DNA from: Podarcis cretensis
Lineage: Eukaryota
NCBI GenBank assembly: GCA_951804945.1
Contig: OX638149.1
Location: 87,916,001-87,980,000 of the forward strand
Length of the DNA: 64,000 bases
Reading direction: 5' to 3'
The position numbers and the translations under genes are program-made. Position 1 is the first letter of the stretch. Every line of letters starts with the position of its first letter. Below the pieces are notes generated by a model. That model ran no database searches and had not been told where the DNA came from. It was given only the letters and a program-made list of their open reading frames with translations. Shown here piece by piece: positions 26,901 to 36,946 of this stretch.

Positions 26901-27330
26901 ACAACAGCTGCACCCATACAGGGTTGAACAAACTATCCTCATCCCACCTCTTAATGAACACCATAGCAACTGGGAACAGTTTGGATCTATTTATATGGAA
27001 TCCTGGGAAGGGCAAATGCCGCTCACACCTACATCCCACATGCGGAAGGACCTCTCCTCCCTCCGTTATAGGTGACAATGATTAATCACATTATTGAAAT
27101 TCAGATGTACCAGGCTGAGTTCAAGCTGTTACAGCCCTTAACAACTTGGGACTAATTTTCCTAAGCCTTTCCCTCTATGTGCCTACTGGATCACTTTGAT
27201 CTGTGTTACTTGCACTTTTTACAAGTGCCGTAGAATGTTAATTCTGCACTTTGGTGTGGCGGCTGTGTCAGTGTGACTCTGGAACTCTCTGCCTGTTGAC
27301 GTTAGGCAGGTGCCTCTATATACTACTTAA

Positions 27331-27632
27331 GGGCTTATCCACACTTACATTTTCCTTGCTTTTTCCAGGCAGAGGCACTCTGTGTCCGAGTAGTTTTTTG
27401 TTTTTGTTTTGCCCCGAGCTTTCCCCATGAAACCCCACTGTTTAAAGTTGAACCAGTGCAAACATTAATTCGGGTTTTCCACAAATTGATGTTTGCTCCA
27501 ATTGGGCTTTAAAGAGTAGGTTTTCACAGGGAAAGCTCCAGAAGGGACAGGGGAAAGGGTACTTGGACATGGAGCTTTAAATCACAGAGTGTGATTGGAA
27601 AGAGCAAAGGAAAAGGAAGTGCGGATAAACGC
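27331..27632. mobile_element. PIF/Harbinger-like MITE (same family as 15854) inserted into an L2-like 3' end
   Basis: Starts taa|GGGCTTATCCACACTTAC and ends GGAAGTGCGGATAAACGC. Flanks 27240-27330 and 27633-27680 resemble an L2 ORF2 end (ctctggaactctctgcctgttgacgttaggcagg = LWNSLPVDVRQ). Confidence 0.7.
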
Positions 27633-27687
27633 TTTGATACCTGTCTGAAAAAAAATGTTTTGGCAAGCCCATCCAGACACATGATTT

Positions 27688-27910
27688 AGAGCTAATCCAT
27701 ACTTCCTCTTCTTCTGCTGTTTTCCCCTAGGGAAAACCACTCTTTAGTGCTCAGTTGGAGCAAATGGAAATTTGGGTTTCCCCCAGATTGCCGTTTGTTC
27801 CATTCTATTGCTAAAGAGTGGGTTTTTCCTTGGAAAGGAGTGGGTCAAGTGGAAAACTGCTGGGATCTGTGCTTTCTAGGGACGGCACAAGCGGAAGTGT
27901 GGACAAGCCC
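27688..27910. mobile_element. Second Harbinger-like MITE, related family
   Basis: Inverted ends GAGCTAATCCATACTTCC / GGAAGTGTGGACAAGCCC and internal inverted gaaaaccactcttta / taaagagtgggttttt. Confidence 0.6.
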
Positions 27911-28354
27911 GCAGTTACATTTGTGTTAAAGAGTTATTGATGCTAACACTGTTTGTAATGATGCTTTTGTTTATATTTGTTTTTAGTTTGCATGTTAGCC
28001 ATGTTTTATATACAATTTTAGTCCTGTTCTTTCCACCTGGAAAGTTGGGCTATTGCTGTATTCAAGAATTGTGCTATCCGGCTTCGTGAAAGTAGCAGTT
28101 TGAGCTCTGGTGGCTCTCCTTGGCCCAGCAAGATGAAGCAAGCCATTGGAGAACCCTTTGTGTGGCCACTTGTTTCAACTGGGCAAAACTGCATAGAGAG
28201 CCCTTTGCCCCAGCAGCATACACTGGTTCCAAGGGATGGCAAAGCCAAGCTGCCCATTGGGAACAAGGTGTGCTAGAGGGGAATACAAAACTGCAGTGCA
28301 AGGCAAAGCTTTAGCTGAATTCTGCTAACCACTGTCTGCTTGTGCCCCTGGCAG

Positions 28355-28822
28355 GTGGTGATGGAGAACATGCGGAGGAAATGCAAGTGCCACGGCACCT
28401 CAGGGAGCTGCCAACTGAAGACTTGCTGGCAGGTGACTCCTGAGTTCCGCCTGGTAGGCTCCCTGCTCAAGGAACGCTTCTATGGGGCCATGCTGATCCG
28501 GCCCCACAACAGGAACACAGGGCAGATGGAGCTGAGCCACGCCCGCCAGAGGCGCCGGGCCGGCATCAGCGACCTGATCTACTTTGAGAAGTCACCGGAC
28601 TTCTGTGAGCGGGAGCCGGCACTGGACTCCATGGGGACGCAAGGGCGCTTATGCAACAAGACCAGCCCGGGCATGGACAACTGCGAGAGCCTGTGCTGCG
28701 GGCGGGGACACAACATCCTGCGGCAGACACGCAGCGAGCGATGCAACTGCAAGTTCCATTGGTGCTGCTTCGTAGCCTGCGAGGAGTGCCGGCTCACGGA
28801 GTGGGTCAGCGTCTGCAAATGA
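28355..28822 (+). CDS. WNT10A: WNT10A terminal coding exon 4
   Basis: Branch-like GCTAAC near 28324 and acceptor cctggcAG ending at 28354. Encodes [25 protein letters not shown] (Wnt signature with the acylated Ser) through [26 protein letters not shown], then TGA at 28820-28822. Confidence 0.96.
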   Translation: MVMENMRRKCKCHGTSGSCQLKTCWQVTPEFRLVGSLLKERFYGAMLIRPHNRNTGQMELSHARQRRRAGISDLIYFEKSPDFCEREPALDSMGTQGRLCNKTSPGMDNCESLCCGRGHNILRQTRSERCNCKFHWCCFVACEECRLTEWVSVCK

Positions 28823-29287
28823 AGACCGTGGCCCCTGCTGGACGCTCCAGAGACTCTGCGGTTTCTACTGGGCACAGTGGAGCCCTGCAAAAAGCAGGAG
28901 GCACGGCTTGGGCAGCCTGGCACGTTTGTGTTTCACATAATCTCCCTGGCACTTCCTCTCCTCCTTTCTGACTTGTGCATGAGCACTCAAGGGGTTCGGT
29001 TGTACATGGGCGTTAGTCGCGAGCCTGGCACCTCTGAAGCACAAAGAGCTGCACGCCAGTGGGCTTAGCTGGAATCCCAGACATTAACTCCAGCTGCTTC
29101 TGGCCACTGGCATCTCCAGCTGTGGTTCGAAGGCCCAGGAGACACCTACGTAGGTTCCTTCTGCAGAACCTCACTCAGTCCTCCCCCCGTGATGTATCTT
29201 ACAAATCCCGCACTGGGATCATTCAGGTGGCAGGCAGCCCTTACTGAACAAAATACCTGTTTTTTCTTTTTTAAAATCCTGGGTTGA

Positions 29288-29438
29288 AATCATAGAATTG
29301 TAGAGTTGGAAAGGGACCACGAGGGTCATCTAGTCTAACACCCTGCAATGCAGGAATCTTTCACCCAAAATGGGGCTCAAACCCACGACACTGAGATTAA
29401 GAGCTTTGTGCTATACCGACTGAGCTGTACCACCTGCC
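29288..29438 (-). mobile_element. tRNA-Lys-derived SINE with a CR1-type tail (Squam3-like) inside the WNT10A 3' UTR
   Basis: The reverse complement reads ggtacagctcagtcggtatagcacaaagctcttaatctcagtgtcgtgggtttgagcccc (tRNA-Lys(CTT)-like, with A and B boxes). It continues gactagatgaccctcgtggtccc...ttccaactctacaattctatgatt, a CR1 3' end. Confidence 0.8.
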
Positions 29439-29500
29439 ACATTTCACGTTGGACCAATTCAAGACCTGTTTTGGGCCGTTAGTATCTTTGTTATTCAGGG

Positions 29501-29501
<1 letters not shown>

Positions 29502-29554
<53 letters not shown>
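29502..29554. repeat. (GA)n microsatellite in the WNT10A 3' UTR
   Basis: Visible directly in the sequence, upstream of the poly(A) signals. Confidence 0.95.
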
Positions 29555-29557
<3 letters not shown>

Positions 29558-29708
29558 TAAAAATGCTGAGTTTGTTTAAAATAAATGTTTCTAGCAAGAG
29601 ATTGAAGGGTGGGGGCACAGAGACCTCTGACTCCAGTGTCCCATACAGGCACTGTAGGCATGTAGTATGATGGTAACTGTGGTTGGTAAATTATTTTATT
29701 ATTGTGAG

Positions 29709-29714
29709 AATAAA
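29709..29714 (+). terminator. Probable WNT10A polyadenylation signal
   Basis: AATAAA preceded by a U-rich tract (ttattttattatt) and followed ~15-25 nt later by GU-rich ggtgtgtgtctg. A second AATAAA lies near 29580. Confidence 0.6.
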
Positions 29715-31359
29715 AGTGAATCAGAGATGGTGTGTGTCTGAGGGTGTAATGATGGAAACATGAGATTTGTTGTTGGGTAAAGCCTAGGGATGTCTACTTG
29801 CTTTGCGTGGCATCTCACGATAGCTCACACGTGGGTGCTTTGGTTTATGCCAGATCTGCAAAATGGAACTGCAGGAAAAAGAGCACACGGGGGCCCCCTG
29901 GAAAGAAACATGCCAGTCTCTCCATCCAAAGCTCAGCAGTTGAGCTCCATGGCACTCATTCTGATGGGTGATCCATCAGGCAGCCGTCACACTGTGAATG
30001 TTGTATTTATGGTCTCAACATGCATGGGCTGCTGAGATTATTTGTGGGGGGCGTTTGCCACGATACTTTCAAATTCTGAGGACTGCTGCTGCAGCCAGAA
30101 AATGTTTGCTGGATCAAGGCTGCAGTGGTGTCTCTAATCCTGTCCAAGAATCTGTTGTACTTAGGAAAGGGGAACAGGGGTGGCACTGGGGAGGACCTCA
30201 ACATTTCCTAATTTGGAAAAGCACAAGAGGAGCAGAATGATCATTTAGTAAGGGAAAGGCTTCCCGCATGTCAATGGGGCAGTAGCAAGGCTCTGGAAAG
30301 AGTCCCAAGTTACATCGTTCCAAGACAGAAATGACTTGAGACTGGGTGCTCTTGCTTGCTGGCTACAAATGCCCAACGACCCTTTTAGGTGGGCAGCCTG
30401 GGGTCCCAACGTATGGGCAGAATGTGCAAAGAATTCAGGGCCTGTGCTTGTGTGGTGGTGATTCTGGTGAGAAGCAAGCTGTTGCATCCTAAACAGCCCT
30501 TGTTGCCCGCTTTGCCCTGCATGGGCTGGGTAACGATGAGTCACCCTATTGGTATCTGGTGCTGTCTGATAAATCCCCACCCTGCCTATAATATTGGCCC
30601 TGAGGCTCTGCAAAAGGAACACCAGACGGGAAGGGAAGGGAAGAGTGGGCAGGGTGCACCAGTCTAGTGTGCCAGGGGCACGGTGCACAGGCCTCGCCAG
30701 GGAGGAGCTCCCTGCAACCTTGTTTCATAAGGCTCCAAAGCGCTACAGGTTGGTTGGTGGTGGGTGGTATCTTGGTTTCACATTCTGGAGCTGTCAGCTT
30801 TTATTTATTTATTTAATTTGCACTCAGCCAAAGGTTGTGGGAGGAACCTCAGCACCTGGAAGGCCTTTCTGTCTATGGAGGGGGCATACGAGATTCTCTA
30901 GGGCCTCTAGATGGATGAACTGGGGAGGGCAGAGACGTCTATGACAATGCTCACTACAATATTGGCACCTCTGGAATTTTACCTTGCCAGCCCCTCCTTC
31001 CACAAGCTCTCAGTGTGCTCAAGGTGTGCTCAGGCTGCAAGGGGAACTCGGGAGCAGAGTGCCTGTTAAATTTTGTTTGTTTTACTTATCAGATTTTCCA
31101 CCGAAACGGTAAATCCTAATCTAATAGCAAGAAAATATGGGGTGGCACTTTGATGAGGCTGCCGTCATGTAGATGTGGGTGCTGCACAGAGGCCACAAAA
31201 AAGTGTTGTGTGGAAGTGCCCAGAGCTTCTGTCAAGAAAAAAGATGTTATCCTCAGGAATAGTTTTGCCTTCAACTGGGTCTTATTGCTGTTCTGTCCAG
31301 AATAAACATATGTGCATGTACATGTACACACAGAGACAAACTGCATGTTTGCTTCAGCT

Positions 31360-31492
31360 CTTATAAGTGTCCCTATTTTCCAGAGAAAGTCTGGGATTTA
31401 CAGAAACCGTCCTAGTTTCTGATTTGACCCCGGAATGTCCCACTTTTCCTTAGGACGTCCCTATTTTCATCGGAGAAATGTTGGAGGGTATG
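31360..31492. mobile_element. Truncated non-autonomous DNA transposon fragment
   Basis: Repeated gtccctattttc units ending in gttggagggtatg. The left terminus is missing. Confidence 0.55.
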
Positions 31493-31707
31493 TTGAAGCA
31501 AACATGCAGTTTGCCTTCTTCAGAAGGGCTGATCTAGCCCAGTTGGCCAGAGTTGCCTCATGGTAAGGTCTAAGCTCAGTGCCCTCACACACTTCATCCT
31601 GCCTGCCCCAATCCTTAAATGCTCTGGCCTCTTCCTAAACCCATGTGGGATCCCTCTGTTTGCATCAGCATTCTCCACAACCACTTTGCAGGCTGGGGAA
31701 AGGAGGA

Positions 31708-31739
<32 letters not shown>

Positions 31740-31749
31740 GTGCGCGCGC
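31708..31749. repeat. (TG)n/(CG)n microsatellite
   Basis: Alternating purine-pyrimidine tract, visible directly. Confidence 0.9.
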
Positions 31750-33769
31750 ATGCTGCTGGGGAAAGCAGGGGGGAGAATTATCTTCACACATCAATCACAC
31801 CTCAGCCCTTTGAACTCAGCATCCGTTGGCAAGCTCAAAGCAAGGGGGTTTGGCTGGGAGCCTGTGATCTCGCTTGGCCACCGCTGATGATAATGCACGT
31901 TCCCAAAGCAGCCCTGCCCCTAGCTCAAGCTACTAATCCCGCAGCGCTCACCCCCTGCAACAGCTGCACAGTGCTCACCTGTCCAGCAAGGAACATACAC
32001 CAGAGGGTGCTTGATATAGCTTGTGAGGAAGGGCAGCAGCAGGCATTCTACTAATCCCTCCCGCCAACACATGCACAGACATACATCACGAGAAGAGCCT
32101 TGCTGGATCAGACCAAAGGCTCATCTGATGAAACATCAGAACCCCAACTTAAATCAAAATAAATGCTGCAAAATGGATCAAATCTCCCATCTGATCTCAC
32201 CATATTCCACAAAACATTGGGTGAACTGCCTGCCTTTTTTTTTCTTTTGAACAATTTAATTTTAAAGACTAGAACATGACACATATCTTACATAAGGGCC
32301 AGTAAACTAAGTTCTTGCATCCTAGCTTGTCACACAAGCTCTCTAGCTGGTGGAGGTAGAGCCAGTGACAGGCAGAGCCACCCGCTGTAACTGTGACAGC
32401 AGGCAGTGGGAGCTGGCTGTGAGTAGACAGCAATGGCCCTTTTGCCCCAGTGGACCAATCTCCAATGCAGTCTTTTGATGTGTCTGAGGCTGTTAGTCAG
32501 AAAAGTCATCAGTAAGATTGCTGGGCTGTAAACTGGAGAGGTTTATTTTACCTTTAGCAGTACAGTGGAAAGGCCTGTGCCTTCTCCTTTCTCTTCCTCC
32601 TCTGTGTGCCAAAGCCAGTAGCATTCTAGTTTTGTCAGTGGGAAGAAGGTGAGGGACAGAACCCAGGAAAGTAAAAGTGGCACCTCCAGGTTGCAAACTG
32701 GCAACCTTGCAGCAAAACCATTAACAAAGCTTCTTTCTGATCACGTTTAAAAAGAGCTCTGCATTCCAATGAAGCCATTTCCCATTTGATGCTGTTTACC
32801 AATAAGCCCAGGTTTGAACAAACACCCACCTAGGGAAGCGAGTGGCCACATGCCGTGGGAGCAGAACAGACAGCAAGCAAAATCCAAACGTCTCTGTTTC
32901 TTTGGGAAGGGCACATGAGAGGTTTTAGCACAGTGTTAGGCTACGTTACATCAAGCACACTGGAGTAACTGCATGACATAGAAGGGTCTTGCATGCAATG
33001 CTGTGATCTCCCTGACATCACCTTTGCTAGGATGTGGGAGGAGGCACAACTTAGTTGGACTGGTAACAGTGGGGAGACACTAGGCATGCATCTGGTTGCA
33101 TCCAACAGCACCAAATTGGTGGCACACAAACATGCACATGAGTTAACGCTATCCTTTGTTACAGTGGGTGAGAGGAAATCTCTTGCATATGGGCAGACCA
33201 AGTTCCAGTTGATAATGCAAGAGCCCGGGATGAATTTTGACGGGTGCAGCTTCTCTCAGTCTAGTGCTGCAGAAGTGGGACAAGCCACACTTTGCTGAAA
33301 CTCCTTTCTACGGGATCCTCAAAGGAGAATGGCCTTTTTGTGGAATCTTTCAGCCTAGATAAACACTTCAACCTCTTGCTGAAAGTGAATGCTTTGTGGC
33401 AAGAAAACTGTTGCCCAGCAGGAGGAGAGAAAAGTACTCTGTACATGCTCACATGTTCAGATGCACTTTTGTTAACTATTCCTTCATGTGTTCAAGGCCT
33501 TGTTCCTGCTACTGAAAATGGGTTCTAGTGTTGAGCCCTGGTAGAAATTCAGTCCTTATATATTTATTTATTTGCATTACATGTATATCTCACCTTTCAT
33601 CCAAGGAGCTCATGCTGGTTTACATGGTTAACTTCCTCCCCTCTCTTTTATGCTTGCAACAACCCTACATGGTTGGTTAGGTTGAGAGATGATGACTGAC
33701 CCAGTGTGTGTCGTGGCTGCTTGTGAATTTGAATACGGATGTCCCTAGAGCTAGTATGGCATTCTAACT

Positions 33770-33975
33770 CAGGGGTTGCCACATGTGCCCACAGAGGTAC
33801 CACATGTGCCCTCCTTTCCTGGTGCCCACAGGCTCCTCTCCCCTTGCTGAAATTAGGCATCAGAGAAGCCTTCTGATGTAGCCAATAGAATAGATTGCAA
33901 TGTGTATGTGGTGTCCACAATAATTTATCCAATTTGCAAATGTGCCCACAGGCCCAAAAAGGCTGGTGACCCCTG
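33770..33975. mobile_element. hAT MITE nested in a - strand tRNA/CORE-like SINE (SINE ~33560-33995)
   Basis: TIRs CAGGGGTTGCC / GGTGACCCCTG with flanks ttctaact / ctctaacc. SINE sequence continues on both sides. Confidence 0.75.
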
Positions 33976-36932
33976 CTCTAACCACTATACCCAGGCTTTG
34001 CCAAGCCCTGAGTCTAGGGATATAAGAAGGTGGGCAGTTTGTGTTCAACTTGTATTTCTTACAATCAGCGATGTTTCTATTATGCTGCAGTTTGGTTTCT
34101 GCCAAATACAAAGTCTGCAAATTTAATGTAAGTTATATAACTTACCTATTTATGTAACTTACGTAATTCATTTCAATATAAACGAAGCATCAAAACAGTG
34201 TAAAAATGTCATTCATTACACATCATATGTGGACCTAAAAACAACAGTGATGTGAAGGAAGACCAATCAGATTCACTTTAGTGATTTCCATTTCTGAGCA
34301 CAGACAAACACACTAACTGCAGCAATTTCCACTTCATTTTCCATTTTTGTTGGACTTCTTTGACAGCCCGACCTTGTCAGAAAAAAGATGGCAAACCTAT
34401 TCCATAAGCACCAGGCTAAGACCAACCTGAGAAGAACAGAGAGCTGGTGGCGAGGCTGTCCCACTGCTGTGCTTACAGACCCAGAAAACTAGGCAATGGG
34501 TGAGCCTGTTAACCATCTGAAATGTCATTATATATGGGCTCTTGCCTGTCACAAGCCGCACTGGGGAATCTTGGCACATTAATTGATGCGTGCACGTTCT
34601 TGTGGACTTCCAAGTTGCAAAGCAGAAGTTACAGGCTAATAATCTTATGAGGGGGTGTCTGTGTGCTACAGAAATTGCAAGTATAATCAATTAGTCCATT
34701 CTTTCCCCCAGACATCTTTATGAGTTTTAAAACTTAGCCCAAACTCCGGTTGGCCTAATTTTTCTGAACTCCAAATTCCTTTCAGTTTCTGGAAAGTTCT
34801 AGCACTGATCAGCAAATATTTTTATATTACACTGGGATTTTCCCTTGCTGGAGATCACTGCATCTCCTGGAGGAAGGTAGTGAACAATTGTAAGAGCTCT
34901 CCCTCCCTCCCTCTCTCTGAGTAAGGCTTTTGGTATTTATTCCCTGCTCAGAACACCCATCAGAGGAGAGGTATTCCCCCAGGGGCACTAGCGATGCACA
35001 GGGAACGCCCAGCTGCAGACATATTCCATTCTTGCTTGAAAAGGAATCTGAAACAAGGTGGGGGAGCAATCACAGCAGCACCCCAACCAACTCTGTTCCT
35101 GGTGTCGGAGGTGACAGGCAAAGCTAGCGCTAAGGAAGAAGGTCCCCCAGTTCTTCCAGAAGGCCAGTGACACCCTTTCTCTTCTCTTGCTCAGGTGAAG
35201 AAAATAGTGTTTCCAAAAGAAGGGCTATAAATCAGTAGCTCAAAGAAAGACCTTCCATTATTGTTTCACAAGGCCCAATACATTTTGCTGTCTGAGTTAT
35301 AGCAGCAAATAGCACCCCAGCCCCAAGTCAAGGTGCATAGTAGCTCTGGGATTATTGTGTTATTTTGGCACTTAAGGCAGAAAATCCCAGAAACTTCTCT
35401 CCCTGGCAATAAAAGTACAATACTGTAACAATAAATGAAAACCTAGGAATTCACTGCTCTTTCAATGACATTCAAAATCACAAGGTTGCCTTGCTCTGCC
35501 TAATGTTTAAGGGCTGACCCTGCACAAAGTTTTGATGTTCTGGGTCCTTGGATCGCCCAGCCCCAACTTGTGGTTCCCCACTTCTACTTCCTAATATCTT
35601 CATTCAAAGTATATAACTATTTTCCAGCCTCACCTTCTATTTCTTACCCTGCTAACCTGATCTCAGTCTCTGACTCCACTTTCCCTTTTGAAGACCCTAA
35701 AGCTGCAAAGTGCAAGGTAAAGTTGGCGTGCCTGTCATACCAAAAGTGGACAGGGTAGAGGGAAAGTGGGTGGGAAGGGTCTTTCTCTCACATAATTCGT
35801 GGAATGGCTTTGTACTTGGAGAACAGCTGGGCGTGAATAAAAATCCATGCCTGTGATTCTCCCCAGAGCCCCCTAAAATCCCACCCTATATGGGGATTTT
35901 TAAAATTGCTCGGCATAGAGAGTAGACCAGCTGTGCTTTGTATCATAGCAAGGTCCTTAATTTAGCTGTTTACGGCATACTCAGCATAATGATTAAATCT
36001 GCTCCTGGTAACAAAGGAGGTTCTAACATGGCTGGAGAGCTACTCTGGAAAACAAAAAATATAAAGGGGACAGTGAGAAGTCTTGGAAGAAGAAGCTGAA
36101 AGTGAGAGGAACATCCCAAGCAGAATTCCACATCTTTGCAGGGTGCACATTTTACTCATAATTTTCATCACATTACCCTAGGGGTTTTTTAATGCAAAGG
36201 TGTCCAAATGGTGATTTGGAATTTATGATTGCAAGTGAAATTGATTTAGTTCTGTTTATTTATTGCATTTATATTCCAACTTTCCCTCCAGGGAGCTCAG
36301 GGTGGTTGTGTACATGGTTCCTTCCTCCCCATTTTCTCCTCACAACAACCCTGTGAGGTAGGTTAGACTGAGAGATAGTGACTGGCCCAAGGTGAAAATG
36401 CCTTTTACTTTAGGTGTTCTTATAACTTTCTCCTAAGAGTCATTCTTATGGCAAATGAATGCATTTACCGCCTTTAACCTCCAAAATCAGATACCCCACC
36501 CCACCCCCTCTCTTTTACAGTGGAAAGCAGTCTTCAACATGCTTATACCTACTAATAATTTTGCTTAAATCTGGTTATTTTTGAACAAGGCACTTATACT
36601 CATTTTTAATTACAAAAATCTGATTTCAATTAAAATTAGACTTAAAATAAAAATGCATTTGTCTCTACTCAGCTCCTTACCCAGCTCCTTGCCTGTTAAC
36701 CTAGGAGTAACGATTTCTGAAGAAGGAATCATGAGATTGCCGGTGCTGAGCAGGAGATACCTATATGGATGGATTCATGCCCAGTGCCATTAACTCCCTC
36801 AGCTGTGCGATCAGGCTGAACTTCTGATGCTGCAAAGCAGCTCCCGCAGCTGGTTTGAATCAGGCCTTGCCTATCCAAGTTCGGCCTAGAAGTCTTTGGG
36901 CCTGACTGGGTAGCAAAGCCACTGTGTCTGTA

Positions 36933-36946
36933 GTTGCCATGGAAAC
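36933..36946. promoter_or_regulatory. RFX X-box motif
   Basis: GTTGCCATGGAAAC matches the RFX consensus GTTGCCATGGNAAC. Function is untested. Confidence 0.5.

Noticed and set aside
26713-27085. Overlapping 121-aa (-) and 104-aa (+) ORFs in intron 3
   Set aside because: No recognisable protein similarity or splice support. An old pseudogene fragment cannot be excluded without a search.
552-28822. WNT10B identity for the Wnt gene
   Set aside because: [32 protein letters not shown] and [15 protein letters not shown] match WNT10A, not WNT10B.
29370-29438. Functional tRNA-Lys gene
   Set aside because: The stems are degenerate and it is fused to a CR1-type tail, so it is a SINE head.
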